A stretch of DNA of 64,000 bases from Octopus vulgaris (lineage: Eukaryota): assembly GCA_951406725.2 (NCBI GenBank), contig OX597828.1:59830001-59894000 (forward strand). The letters run 5' to 3'. Position numbers and translations under genes: made by a program. A model generated the notes under the pieces. The model made no database searches and had not been told where the DNA came from. It saw only the letters and a list, made by a program, of their open reading frames with translations. Within the stretch, counting starts at the first letter, position 1, and the number at the start of each line of letters is the position of its first letter. Positions 1-15,218 of this stretch are shown here, piece after piece.

Positions 1-521
1 TGACTTCAGCTTTGGCTTGGCAACAAATCTTGTTTCAGTGGTAAATGATAGAACAAGTGCCAGCGTTCATTTTGGTAACACTGTTAATTGTGAGCATTAA
101 TTGTGTTACATCAATTTCATTTGGCTGTGATGGTCTTTACAGGAAAACTGAATCTAATTGTGATGAAGCAAATTTCACTAACGACCTTTCTTAAAAGAGC
201 AAGTTTGAAAATATATTCAATGATCTGAATTAAAAGTATGGTTAATAATTATGTTTGTGGACACATATGCTGCATTTGTTACAATTTATAGACTATCTAC
301 CAATGACACACATGTGGCATTGGGTAGAGTCTGTAGACTAGATTCAGCAATCTCCTGCCCAATCAAGTACTTCACCCAGACTATCACAGATTTCTTTATT
401 ACTTCAAACAAACCCTCAACTGACTCCCTATTTTGCTCTTCATCAACCCTCATCACTGTCCACAGATTACACTTTGTTAAACCTTTACTGTAAGGTCTAT
501 GTCTCTCTCTCTCTTTTGTAG

Positions 522-621
522 GTCCTTTCTGCTGGAATGTCCAAACAAAGATGTTCGGCTTACCCTGGCCAAAATCCTCCAACGTATGATGAATAGCTTC
601 TTTCAACATGGTGCCGTAGCT
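522..621 (+). CDS. USP24: USP24-like exon (SFLLECPNKDVRLTLAKILQRMMNSFFQHGAVA)
   Basis: ttttgtag acceptor, gtgagt donor, open frame, FLLEC motif. Confidence 0.88.
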
Positions 622-3600
622 GTGAGTCTTGTATTCTTGATGTGATCATTGCTTGATATTGAGGGGCTGGACATAACCAGGGTCACACATGGGAGGAGAG
701 CTATGGGCATAGGGCTAATGATTGACTGGATATGGAGGGAAAAATTTACTCACATAAATATGACCCCTTCAGTCACATATATGATGATAGGTTAGTTGGA
801 TATAGGGTTACATCAGGACAAAATATGAGGTAGACAAAGGGTTACATTGAGAGCTGTCAAAGTAAGCAGTGAATATGTGTTTATGTAACAATGGTAAGTT
901 AATATAAAACAAAATAAATGAATTTGAGGGTAAAAGAGCAGTTTTTAGTGGTGAACAGTGAAACAGAGGTAAGGTTTATGGGGGTAATATGTGAAAGGAA
1001 GGGCATGAAGTTATAGGGACATATTTATAGATGCAATATTTGTTATAACTTGATAGCTGGCTCTTGATATTAAATAGGTTTGTGAGTTAATATCCCCATG
1101 GATATGACATCTGTCCAGATGGGGTAACTCAGTCCAGTGAACTGACACAATAGACATGAACAAGTACATAATCCTGGGGTCATTTGTCGTGAGTGACTCC
1201 TTGTTTAAATTGCAGTGAAATCTTCCTTAAATCACACATTAATGACTTTTACAAAGAAAAGGCACATTAGTTAATGGAGTCCTAGCTATACTGTGTCTGA
1301 ATAAAGATGAAATGTTCATAGATGATCCATCTTTGATCATAGATCTTTTGGATCTGGACTGAACTGAGGCTAAGCAACAACAAATTAGATAATGTAGTTC
1401 TATATACACATTGTCTTAATAAAAAGTTGGTGTGGGCATGGCTGAAACATCCTTGATCTTAGGTGTGTCCGTTGGATGGGATTGACAGCAGTAAGTATTT
1501 CCATAAGAAATTGTGTTTTAATTGTTTTTTTCCCCTATTTTTCAGACATACAAATCATTTGACCAGTTGGTGGGTCATCTGCTCCACATGCTAAACAAAG
1601 ATCTTCCTGACAACATCAAAAACTCCACTCAATATTTCCTCGTTCTCAAAAGTTACGTCCAGATGGTAAGAATTATTGCAATGGTCTCTGCATCATTTTG
1701 AAACTACTTCACCCGAATTGAGTATCAAGGTTGGCTTGTTAAAATACCAGTCATGTACTGGGGCTAGGTGTTATCAATTGACACACCCACCAAACCTGAA
1801 AATTGCTGGCTGGCTGCTCAAATTACAAACGATTCTTATTCTTCCTCCTCCTCCTCTTCTGAGCTGGAAGAATCCTTACAGAACCAGATTAAATATCTTG
1901 TTGTATTCTCTTTCCTCTTCCTTTATATTCTCAATTGAAATCCTTTTCCCCTTCATATTTTGTCAGGGTACCAAGGCCTGCAGCCACATGTTCCATCGGA
2001 AGGGCTTCAATCATCTGATCAACTTTCTACTTGGAACCGTCGACAAAGAAGAAGTAGGTACCAACTTCTATAACAGCAGACCACTGATAAACTACAACCT
2101 GTACACAACATACCCTGATGACTACACAACATCCCAAACAGCAAAATTGCAAATCATTGAATATATAATACATATCCAAACAAGTTTTAACCCTTTTGTT
2201 ACCGTATTTATTTTGAGATGCTCAAAATAATGTTTCTTTCAATTAATTTTAAATATAACACAGAATTTAGTAAGATAACTTAGTTATTATTAAGCAAGTG
2301 TTAGGATCATAAATTGTGACTTAAGGTTTGGTGGAAGATTTTAATTAAAAACTTATGAAATCAAGACATTTGTACTACAGAGCCAGAGGTGGTTTCAGCC
2401 AGGTTGGTATTGAAATGGTTAAAACCTCTAGTATTCCTCTCTCCTACACAATCAGCAGAAGCATATTTCTCTGCTTTCTCTTGCTGGCATTTATTGATAG
2501 TTCAACAGGACCCAACAAACAGGGGAACCATTTCTTGGTCCAGTGACATCATCACTGCTTCACATCCATCTTCCATACTGACATCAGTTGGATTATTCAA
2601 CTAAATCTGACAAGTTATAGACTTCTTCAAGCCCTAATGTCTATTGTGGCAAGGTTTCTGTGGCTTTCTGTGTCCTTTTTAAATGCCAGTTACTTTATAG
2701 TGTGTATTGGGTGCTTTTTTCATAACACTTGCTCAGTTGAGGTCACCAAGGAACTTGCGAGAGAAAAAAGATCCGTCTCAACTGAGTAGAGTTGTAGCAG
2801 AGCAGGAGTTGGCTTTATGTTGAGAAGTATAAAAGAAGAGGAAGAAAGAAATTTGTTGCTGTAGAAGAGATGCATGGCTACCGTCCTTACATTATGTGAG
2901 TGTACCTTTATGTGAATAGAAGAAAGAGTGGAGACAAAAGAATAGGAAGGGTGGATGGGCAGGTGGGTACAGGGTGCAAGATACAGTAGAATGAGAGTAT
3001 GGAGGGCTGAGGAGGTGAATATAATAAATGATGGAGCAAAGATTGATGTTAAGTATGAGTTGAAGAGAATATAGGGGAGAGTTGGTGATGACTGACCATA
3101 GAGAAAGAGCAGAAAGTGATTGAATAGTAATATTGTAAGTGGGAGAGATGGGAGAAAAGGAAATGGCAGGTTGGTTGATAGGTTGCAAAAATGTGAGAGA
3201 GAGACATGTGAGTTGAGGGGTGAGGGAAAAGAATGGTAATCAGTGTAAGTGGAGAGGGATAGTGTGAGAATGTCAAGAATGGAGGAGGGCTGTCAAATGA
3301 AGTGGTTCCTGGTAGTGAGGAAGATAAATGGTATCGTAGAAATGATAATGAGATATGTAGTTCTTTCATTTAATTTCGGCAGAATATTACAGCAGTTTGG
3401 TAAGTGATGGAGGGATCCGTGAGAGACAGTTGAGTTGTGTGGATGGCATGACAAGCAAATTGGGCCATCATCATCATCAGTTGTATAAATTAAACATTAT
3501 ACTTTCAGAAGCTCAGTTTTGTTGTGATAGGTTTTCTCGGGCACCAACAGGGGACATGTCTTAAACTCTTCTGTTTTGGTCACAAGCCATTCATCTATCC

Positions 3601-6600
3601 CTAGCTACATCAGCCATTACCAGGTTCCAGAGCGAGGGACCCTGTCAAAGGTTTTCTCTTGGTTGATGTATGTCATGTTTAATGATTTACTTTGACTAAA
3701 TAATTTTCCTGCCTTACTACAAATGGAGCATCTCAAGTGCTTTTCCCCAGCACAAGACCAAACTACATCTCACAAAATCTGATTTTGTTCCTAATTAATT
3801 GGGCTAAAATTCTCTCTAACTTTCAAGAACTGGTCCTGCAGTTTGATACTTCTGTAATTACTTTTGTCTAAGGCAGGTGTGTCAAACTCAATCATACAGG
3901 GGTCCAAAATTCAAATCACGCTTAAGATTGTGGGCTGAACTGGATAAATATTCATTAAGCAGTGGAAAACTAAACCTTCTTTAAACATTGAAATGAATTA
4001 AAACAGACAAAAGTTGAAATAATAGCAAATCAAGGCATACCAATTTTTGCTCTTATTCCAATTTGTCAGAGCAGCATGTTTGGAATAAGGGTCTGTGTTA
4101 TGGAGATTCTCAGGATGGACTGCAAGTGTTCATCAGTGAGATGACTCCTGTGTGATGTTTTGTTAATTTTTATCACAGAGAACAGCTGCTCACACAGCTA
4201 TGAGATGCATGGAGACAAAGCAGTTGTACTATGCCTTTTGTGTCCCATTATACTGCAGCTGTATGGGCTCCATCTGCAAATGGACAGGTGCAGTTTCCAC
4301 ATTGATAGCAAATGGGCTGTAAAACAGCTTGAAATTACTTTTCTGTACTTCAAAGTCAGTAAAATGTTGTGCGAACTCATTGTAAAGTGAACTCAGTTTC
4401 TCAGCAAAGTGTGCGTTTGGGAACACCATTGCACTGACTTGGTTCAACATTGCTTTGCAACAAGGAAAGTGAAACAAGTTGCATGGGTGCTTTTGTGTCT
4501 CTCATAAGCGCAGCCTCACTTGAAATGCCTTCAATGATTCATGCATATCAATGGTCAAGTGGTTCCATCCCTGGAGCTGCAGGTTCAAGATGTTGAGATG
4601 GGTAGTTATGTCAAATAGAAATGCCAACCCACGTTTCCACTCTTCATCCCACAAAACGGTGGAGTCTTTTCCTTTGCTGTCCATGAACTGACAGATTTCC
4701 TCAGTCAGCTGTAAAACTCTGCCAAGAACTTTTCCCCAACTTAGCCACCACACCTCTGTATGATAAAACATGTCACCAAACTCTGAATCTATTTCCTGCA
4801 AAAAACACTGAAATTGGCAGAGATTTAAACCTTTGGCTCTGATAAAGTTGATGCTTTGTGTTGCAGTGCTCATTACATGTTGAGGACTTTACCACACAGT
4901 GATCCTTGGTGTATGATGCAATAATACACTATCAACTCACCAGTGCAGTCTTCCTGCATCTTTAACTGCATCTGTCCTAATAGTTCACTACTTCTGCCGC
5001 ATGTCGCCGGTGCTCCATTTGCTGTAATTCCAACAAGTTTGCCACAAGGCAGGTTCATGTCAGTTACACTTCGGCATATGTTGTCAAAAATGTCTTTTCC
5101 TGTCGTCCTATGCATGGATTTCATGTCCAATAATTCTTCTGTAACATTTAAACTGGAGTCTACTCCATGGATGAAGATGGTGAGCTGTGCAATGTCAATT
5201 GTATTATTACTTTCATTGACAGCAAGAGAGGATACATTGCGATCAGCTGTTTTTTCACATCAGTGGCCATCTCACAAACTTGATCAGCAATTGTATTTCT
5301 GCTAAGGCTTACATTTGCAAACATCTGCTTTTTGTCTGGACACAAGACATCACACACTTTCATCATGCAGTTCTTCAGTAAATTGTCAGGCTGATTTGGC
5401 AATCTCCTCTGCTACAATAAAACTTGCTTTCACAGCAGCTTCACTTCGTGATTTTGCTTTGGTGAAAAACATCTACTGTGATTCCACTTCAATTCTTCTG
5501 CATTCATGTTTTACAATTTGTCTTGATGATTAGTCTTGCAGTGCCATCTTAGATTATATTCCTTGATCACAGCCACATTATCTCCATAAATTAGACACAC
5601 AGGTTTACCGCCAATATCAGTAAACATATTGATCTTCCCAGTGGCTTTGAAAAGCTCTGTTTTCAGAATCAACTTTTCTCTTGGCCATTTTAATGGCTAG
5701 CTTTGATTTAAAAGTAAGACTGTGCATCCACCGATAGACACTTGATTGATATGACATAAGCAGGAAGGAGTAATGCAATATCTGGGTATTATACTACTTT
5801 CATCACTTATGTGCCAATCCAAAACAAACAACAGGATGTTGCTAGGTTATGCAATGACAAACATCCACACACCACACAACATTCCTTTTAACTTGTTCTG
5901 ATCAACACAGGATTGCTCTCAAGCTGCCTTTCATTCGACAAGGCTGCTATATTGGGCGATTTGGAGTTTGCACTTCATATCGATGGGCCATTAAAAAATA
6001 TTTGCCTAAAATTCTCTTGTGGGCTGGATATAGTTATGTGTCGGGCCTTGAGTTTGACACCTGCGATCTAAAGCATCTCTTTTATCTTTGCACCAGTTGA
6101 CTATAAGGCTGCTACACCAGTCATTAGGTATGACACTTTGCTATACAACCTGATTAACAGGAGACGAGGTCATAGTCCACCCTTCAGTATATTTTAAGCA
6201 TCTCAATTGTGATTCCTGATGGATCAGGGGTTTATCTTCATATCTTTAATAGCCTTTTACACTGCTGTTTACTAGGATGGTTGGTCCCTCTGTTGGGTTT
6301 ATGTTTCGAAGATCCACTTTTTCCCATGTAATCTCCACTTTTAATAACCTTTCATATGCATCTCTTCCCATGATATATTTAATAGACTCTTGGCTGCTGG
6401 ATATACATACATACATACACTGAAATACATACCCTGCTATATACATCCTGACTGATAGATATATGTAGTATACTGAAATATGTACCTTGAAAGATACATG
6501 CATAATACTTCACCAATGTTTGATTTATGTGCATGCTGATAGTAGCTAGGTGTAAATGTGTGTGTGTGTGCATTCACATACATATATAAATGCAAGTGTA

Positions 6601-9600
6601 TGTGTTTATGTATGTATGTTAAGCCCAGAAAGGTTCTGAAATATTTTATCCTCAAGAAAAATGAATTTCATTTTCAGAATCTGTCTCAAGAATAAGTTGT
6701 CTTTAAATAGTCATCATCGTTTAACATCTGTTTTCCACGCTAGCACGGGTTGGACCGTCCGACCGAGGTCTGGGAAGCCAGGAGGCTGCACCAGGCTCCA
6801 GTCTGATCTGGCATTGTTTCTACAGCTGGATGCCCTTCCTAACGCCAACCACTCTGCGAGTGTAGTGAGTACTTTTTACGTGCCAGGGGAGTCTGGCAGC
6901 GGCCACAATTAGTTGGTGCTTTTAACGTGCCGCCGGTACGGAAGCCAGTCAAGACGGCGCTGGCATTGGCCACGTTCAGATGGTGCTTTTTATGTGCCAC
7001 TGGCATCGGTCACGTTCAGATGGTGCTTTTTATGTGCCACTGGCACAGGTATCACAACTACTATTTCCATTGATATTTATTTCGATGTTCATGTACTTGA
7101 CTCAATAGGTCTCCTCAAGCACAGCGGGATGTTCTGAAATCCAAGGTACTTTGAATGGGCAGAACTGGTACAGGAAGCAGCCTGGATCTTTGCAGTCACA
7201 GCATATCTCCAGAGATCTTGGTCCTTCATTATTGCCTCTGTGAGGCCCAACACTCTGAGGTCATGCTTGACTACCTCCTCATGTCTTCCTGGGTCTACCT
7301 CTCCCCCTGATACCTTCAACTGTTTGGGAGCAGCACTTCTTCACACATCTCTCCTCATCCATCCGCAGTACATGACCATACCATCGTAAGCGTCGCTCTT
7401 GCACACCACATCTGATGCTTCTTATGTCTAGTATTTCTCTCAGGGTGCTTACCCTCTGTCGTGCGCGCACACTGACATTACACATCCAGCGGATCATGCT
7501 AGCTTCATTTCTTTCAAGTCTACGCATGTCCTCTGCAGTCACAGCCCATGTTTCACTACCGTGAAGCATGGCAGTTCGCACACATGCATCATACAATCTA
7601 CCTTTCACTCTGAGCGAGAGACCCTTTGTTGCCAGTAGGGGTAGGAGCTTTCTAAACTTTGCCCAGGCTATTCGTATTCTAGTGGTGACACTCTCTAAGC
7701 ATCCACCTCCACTACTAACTTGGTCACCCAGGTAGCAGAAACTATCAACTACTTCTAGTTTCTCCCCCTGGAGTGTGATGGAATCTGTTTTCTGAGTATC
7801 TGTAGTGTCTATTGTCCCTGTGTATCTACCACACATGAAAGCTATCTTATCAGTTAATTTCTCTTTGATGTTGCTGCACCTCTTATTCATCCATAGCTTA
7901 CATTGGGTGCATCTTATGGAGTTTCTACTTACACCTTTCCTACAGATCGAGCAGGGCCACCTGCCCGAGGGGGTGTGTGCTGGGTTCGCCTTTCTGCTTA
8001 CTATAACTTTGGTCTTTGCTACATTTACTCTAAGGCCCTTTGATTCTAACCCTTGCTTTGACACCCAAAATTTCTTTTCTAGTTCTGGTAGTGATTCTGC
8101 TATGAGAGCCAGGTCATCAGCATAGAGGAGCTCCCAGGGGCAACCTGTTTTGAATTCCTCTGTTATTGCCTGGAGGACTATGATGAATAAAAGGGGACTG
8201 AGGCCTGAACCTTGGTGTACACCTACTTCTACCCGGAATTCTTCACTATATTCGTTGCCAATTCTAACCTTGCTGACAGCCTCTCTGTATAGGGCCTGTA
8301 CAGCCCTTATTAGCCATTCGTCAATCTCTAGTTTCCGCATCGACCACCAGATAAGGGATCGGAGGACCCTGTCAAAGGCTTTCTCCAAGTCCACAAAAGC
8401 TATGTAGAGGGGTTTATCTTTAGCTAGGTACTTCTCCTGCAGTTGTCGAACCAGGAATATAGCATCAGTGGTGCTTCTACCCGGCACAAAACCGAACTGC
8501 ATCTCATCTTAGCAAATTCTCTCCCTAATGAGATGGGTTATGACCCTCTCTGTGACCTTCATCACCTGGTCCAACAGTTTAATACCCCTGTAGTTATTTC
8601 TATCTAGAGCATCACCTTTACCCTTGTAGCAGTTGACTATGATGCTGCTACGCCAGTCATTGGGTGTGACTCCATTATGAACTATTTGGTTTACAATGCG
8701 GGTGACTAGGCCATAGCCCACACAACCAGCTGTTTTAAGCATCTCAGCAGTGATTCCTGATGGGCCGGGAGCTTTACCTGGTTTCATGTCCTTAATTGCC
8801 TTAACTACAAGGGAGCTCTCTGTTCGGATAGCTGGTCCCTCTACTGGGTCAACATTTGGCAGGCTCTCCTCCTCCCATTCATTCTCCACATTCAGCAGTC
8901 TTTCATAATGGCTTCTCTAAGCCTCTTTCTTTTCAGAAACATTGAAAGCAAGTGAACCATCATCCATGCGGACACATTTCTCTCCTGTAATATCACTATT
9001 TTCTCTCACACACTGTCTAGCAATCCGAAATACCTCAGTTCTTTGGTCCTCACTTCGCTGGACATTGGCAAACTTCTTCTTTTCTGCTACATCTTTGGCT
9101 ATGTATATCTGCCGCCCAGCCTCCCTTTTGGCTACCTGGTACAGTTCCCTGCTACCCCCATCCCTCCAGGCTTTCCATGCCTGTTTCTTTGCACTAATGG
9201 CTTTGTCTACTGTACTATTCCACCACCACGTAACTCTAGGTCTGGAAGGGACTTTGCACCATCCACAGACTTGGTCTGTGGCACTCAGCAAGCTGTCCCG
9301 TAGGAATTTCCAGCTACCTTCTATGTCCGACGTCTGTAGCTCCTCCTCCCTCTCATCAAATTTCTTGATGAGTATGTCCCTAAATCTCTGACCATGTGAA
9401 GGGTTCTTTAGCTTCCAAATCCTTCTTTTCTGGATTGGTATGTTTCTTGGAATCCTTCTGGCCTCAAGCCTAAAGTCACTAATGATTAGCCTATGCTGAG
9501 GGGTACATTCTTTACCCGGGAGGGTCTTTGTATTTAAGAGCAACCCTGCATCCCGCTGTCTGGTGAGGATGGAGTCTATTTGGCTAGTGGAGTCTCCTGA

Positions 9601-9895
9601 CTGATAGGCTATAAGGTGGCAGTCAGGCTTCCTGAAGTTAGTGTTGCAGATTAAAAGGTTACATGCATCACAGAATTCCAGTAGTCTAGTTCCCTCATCA
9701 TTTCTGGTGCCATTACCATGGCCACCGTGTACCCCAGTGAAGATACCCAATTCCCGCCCAACATGCAAGTGGGGAGAAGAAAGAATTTGAAAAATCATCA
9801 TCAAAATGGAGAAAATCCAACTTATATGAGTTTGCTACTCCAAAAGTCTGCATTCTATTGTGAAAATTACCCAGTGAGGACGAGAGACTCAGCTA

Positions 9896-9959
<64 letters not shown>

Positions 9960-12900
9960 GAAAGAGAGAGAGAAAGTTGTCAGATAAATTTTTTTTTTTT
10001 TTTTCCATTTATTTTTCATCAACAACTTAATAAAACACAGTCAATAATATCTTCTCCTTTATTGTTCATGACTTCTTGTTCTACCAGGGTAGAAATTATT
10101 GGGTCTTGTCTCAAAGAATACAGCAAACAATGTTTTCAACTTGACACTATCGTTGCAGACTGTTGAAGAGCAACAAAAAAGATGTGCTAATTTGAAAGTG
10201 CTCAGTCAGCAGACTATGGCGGGTGGGTGGGCGTGGTAGAACTTTTAACGGAGCTATTGAATAGTGTTTGTGGTTAAATTAGTAAGATGGGTGTGTGATA
10301 GAAGAGAATTGGAGTTTGTCTCCTTTGTTCACTTAGCTTTCGGATGTTGCCCATCAAGTGAAGATTATGAGAGCATCCCATCTGCTGGATCAATTCCATG
10401 GTAGATTGGCATGGATTCTCAGGGATGAGCTTGTTCAATCAATCCTTATTGAACTGATCACATTGACTAAGATGCAAAGAGTCTGTGAAGTAGAATTTCC
10501 TCTCCTTGGAGCGTCAAAATCATTTCTGTGTCGTTCCTTCAGTAATAACATTTTCTTCATACACAGCACAAATGTCTTGAGTGGTTTTGACAGTTTTGGA
10601 ACCTCAGTTATCACTGAAGAAAAGCAGGGGGTCAAAGCTGGAAAGATGTAAAATTTATCCAAATTGCAAAAATGAATAACAAAAGTTCTAGAAAAAGAAT
10701 AGGGCTACAAAATACCATAAAGCACTAATAAAAATATTTTAATTCAAATAACATTGGTAAAAAATGGACAAATTTATCTGACAGCACACACACACACACA
10801 CACACACATACTCACACACAATCTTCTGTACTGTGTAGCAGTACCTTGTAAATGTCTCTGTTATTGTCACACCTGAGTGTGTAAATCATTGACCTGTTTA
10901 AGGGCTCTTATCTCCACAGTTATCAAGCTATTACTGGTCATCTGGTCAGCTGCTAACCTTCCATCCAACTAATTGCTCTGTTTTCTTTAGGAATTATCAT
11001 CTCGTCGATGGATACCAATTCAAGCCCGAGATTTTGGACACCTGCAGACGACCCTTGCTACTTTAATCTTGAACTGTGATGTCTCCAGCTACAGAACTGA
11101 TGGTAGGTGACACCATTGTGTTATTTAATCTTTGTTGTATCCAATGTACAGTTCTGATGTAGAAGCTTCTCATTGTTAGAACAACTGGAAGACTTAGTCC
11201 TTGAATTAGCATGTGGTTGTCTATTCCTCAAGTGGACCTTCAATCTAATTCTCAAGTGTGTATGTGATAAGTGAGGACTTCTACTTGTAGATGAAATTCT
11301 ACACAGTTTCTTTCTGCTTAATTTCACTTACAGGGTTTGTTATGTTGATCCAAGGTTATGGGCTCAGATTGAACTCAGCGACTGGTGGTTGTCATGTGAA
11401 CTTATCAACCGTTCAGCTATGCCTTTACTCCTATTATACACACACACACGATGATATGGCTGCATATACCCCAGATTCATATTGTTGTATATTGGTAGAT
11501 ACACTGTTGTAACGATGATGGCCATGTTGCTGCTATAATTATCCTCTAATATCTCTTTCACAGAACCTGATCCCTTCAAAGTCTACACCCCACAAACTGT
11601 TTCTCCACAGTTGTACCTTAAAATGTCTGATGACATGTTTTACTTCGTCTTTGGTGCAGGATCCTACCGTTACATCAACGAGGTGAGTACTGTTATTCTA
11701 CTGCCATCCCACTGTTATACCATTGCTATACCACTGCAAAATTTCTGTCATACCATCATATTGTCCTAATCATCATAGTATTATTTAATCCCTCTACCAT
11801 ACCATTATACCTAACCACCAAATTCTACATTATTTTGTATGTCTTCCATACCACTGTGTCATTCTCAACATATCACAGCTATGTCAATGGTATCATACTC
11901 CTAATTATTCTCTTTCATTCTGCCAAGGTGGTGTATGCCGTACGTGAAGTCAGTTCAAATCTAGACTCCGTCACCGATATGCTGTTGGCCTGTAGCTTCT
12001 GTAACAGCACTTTCAGTATGACAGTCCTCGAGTGCCTGATGGTAAGGACAAACCACCTCCTCTTCATATTTCTTTTCTCACTACACACTTTTTGTCACCA
12101 CCACCACTAAATGTCTGTCTGTGTGTATCCCATAGGTCCAGTACCAAACAGCTCCCTGTAACGAAGTGCGGAACATATTTTCCTTACTCATGGAGATTCT
12201 GGTAAGATTTTGCTCAAAATAGTTTTTTTATAAATTTACTACATCTACCCCTGCCACCCCTTCATTATCACCATCACCACCACTTGTCACTTGACGGAAT
12301 CAGAAACTACTACTACTACTGTTGTTGTTATTTGTCATCATCATTTAACGTCCATTGTCCATGCTGGCAGGGGTGGGATGGTTTGACCAGGGCTGGCAAG
12401 CTGGAAGGCTGCACCAGACTCCAGTCTGATTTGGCATAGCTTTCTATGGCTGGATGCCTTTCTTAATGCCAACCCCTCCGAGAGTATAATGGATGCTTTT
12501 ATGTGCCATTGGCTCAGGTGCCAGTTGGATGACGCCGGTATCTGCCACAACTACATAGGCGCAGAAGTGGCTGTGTGGTAAGTAGCTTGCTAACCAACCA
12601 CATGGTTCCGGGTTCAGTCCCACTGCATGGCATCTTGGGCAAGTGTCTTCTGCTATAGCCTCGGGCCAACCAAAGCCTTGTAAGTGGATTTGGTAGACGG
12701 AAACTCAAAGAAGCCTGTCGTATATATGTATATGTATATATGTATATGTTTGTGTGTCTGTGTTTGTCCCCCTAGCATTGCTTGACAACCGATGCTGGTG
12801 TGTTTACGTCCCCGTCACTTAGCGGTTCGGCAAAAGAGACCGATAGAATAAGTACTGGGCTTACAAAGAATAAGTCCTGGGGTTGATTTGCTCGACTAAA

Positions 12901-15153
12901 GGCGGTGCTCCAGCATGGCCACAGTCAAATGACTGAAACAAGTAAAAGACTAAAGAGTAACTATGATTTCGTTTGGCTTGATGAGTTTTCTCAAGCACGG
13001 CATGTTGTGAAGGTCTTGGTCATTTGTCATTGCCTCTGTGAGGCCCAACACTCAATAGGAGCTTATGTGCAATCGGCATGGGTGCCTACTACTACTGAGG
13101 TGGCAAGCTGGCAGAATGGTTTGCATGCCAGGTAAAATGCTCAGCAGCCTTTTGTCCGTCTATGTTCTGAGTTCAAATTGCCTTTCATCCTTTTGGGGTC
13201 AATAAAGTAAGTTCCATCTAAGCGCTGAGGTCAACATAATTGACCTGCCCTCTCTCACAAACTTTCTAAACTTGTGCCAAAATTTCTATCCATTATTTTT
13301 ATTATTGTTGTTTGATTGTTATTGACAGACATTGACTGTTCAGGGCAAGTGATAGGCTGGAGACAGTAATGGACAGCTTGCCTCAGCTCTTGAAAGATGT
13401 GAGTCTTTGCAGAAAGTCAATAACAACAATTAAACTGCTCTGGTTCTGTCCTTGCTTTGTGATAGATTAGAACTGGGATGATATAACAAACCGGCCTTTC
13501 TTAGAAATGAACTTTGGAGGAAACTCTCCGTAAAAGGTCAGGCAGATGCCTCCATTATTGTTTACCACTTGACCTTTGTGCCATATTCCAGTTACCAGCT
13601 GATCAATTTGAAACATCTTCTATTCGACTTCTTGTCGAAGGGACACATTCCATTGGTCACACGCTCCATCTTCTGCCAGTCCCCTTTGTGTTGTAGGTTA
13701 GGTATGCCCTGGTTACTAACATGTAGACACATGCTGAGACTTCTCCAACTACTAAGATTCTTTCATGGTGGACAGGTGTGGTCACTATTTGTGAAACCTG
13801 ATTTTCTGGCAGAGCTGCAGCCCAGGGTGAAGCAAAGACTAGGATTGGACACCTGGCATCTAGAGTATGGGTAGGTGCTCACCACCCTCCACCAGTCAGG
13901 CAACGGGTTCAGTGGATGTTCCACTTTAGCAATCTGTTAGGGGTTTAGTGGTTGGAAAAAAGTGACGGAAGCAAACTAACCAGTCTGTTATGGAATTCTT
14001 TTAGATTGGGGACTTCCATGGATATCTTCCAGAAGTCTTAGACCTGGTTATACTACAAATGGATGCTAGCAGATTGGGATAAACTCTACAGGTACACAAG
14101 TGGCATTAAATGGGTCTATCTGAGATGGGTGCAGAACAATGAAACCGTTCTGCATTCACTCGTTCAGTGTTCTGGCTTTACTGACTCATGGAGATATGTT
14201 GAACAGCTGCTGTCATATTTGGGACAGATCTGGTTATAAGCCAGGTCCACTTTAATGATTGCCTGACTGCCTTCCTATCAAAAGAGGTTGTGAAGTGGAT
14301 GAGGTTGAAAGGGATGAAGACAAAGACTTTCCTCTTTGGTTGAGGCCTTCATTGAAATTTTTCGGGGCCACTTGAAAAACAAATGAAGGAGGAGTGGTGA
14401 AAATGGCACCAATGGAAGGGTCTGTGAATCAAAGAATAACATTTTGAGAGAGCAGTCTTGATGTAGGATCAATGAGGTTCCTTTATTGGCCCCAGATCAA
14501 GGTACTCCTCCTTCTCCATCATCTTTCATTACTTCTATATCATCTGCAATTGTATTTCATCTTTTTTTATACTCCTCCACCTCGATTTGATTTCATTTTC
14601 TAAATCCTGATATTTTTATTTTTGTCTTTGATTGTTTCCTTCATCTTTTGCCCTGATGGCAATTTTTTTAGAAATAATAATAATAATTATTATTATTATT
14701 ATTATTATTAAATACCAGTCAAGTACTAGTGTCGATATACTCGATGCCCCCCCCTCAAATTTCAGGCCCTTGTACCTATAATAGAAAGGATTATTATTAT
14801 TACTAATAGAAAGTCCATATTTGAGGTAAAAAGTTTTTGCATTTAATAAATATTTTCTGTTGTTGTCAGCTCCTGGAAGATCCATTACAATTAAAACGAC
14901 TGAAGTGGGTGGTCATTGATGGACATATGAACGAGAACGGGAAGAAGTTTGAAGGATTACTCAGTAAGTAGGTCTTTATTTATAATGAAACCCTTTAAAT
15001 GTGGTGGTGCCCAGTCTCAAATTGGGGAAATTAATAAAATTGCTACAGCTTGGTCATGTTGGAAAGACATGGCATGTGATCCTCCTGATACTATCACTGC
15101 AAACAGTATAAAAACCCACTCATTATAAATGCAGAAACAATATGTGTTAGGGT

Positions 15154-15218
<65 letters not shown>

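Noticed and set aside
1676-2230. 184-aa ORF
   Set aside because: Chance extension around the real 87-nt USP24 exon through intron and SINE sequence.
12558-12640. tRNA gene
   Set aside because: A/B boxes belong to a SINE head; no complete cloverleaf, and it continues into SINE body and tail.
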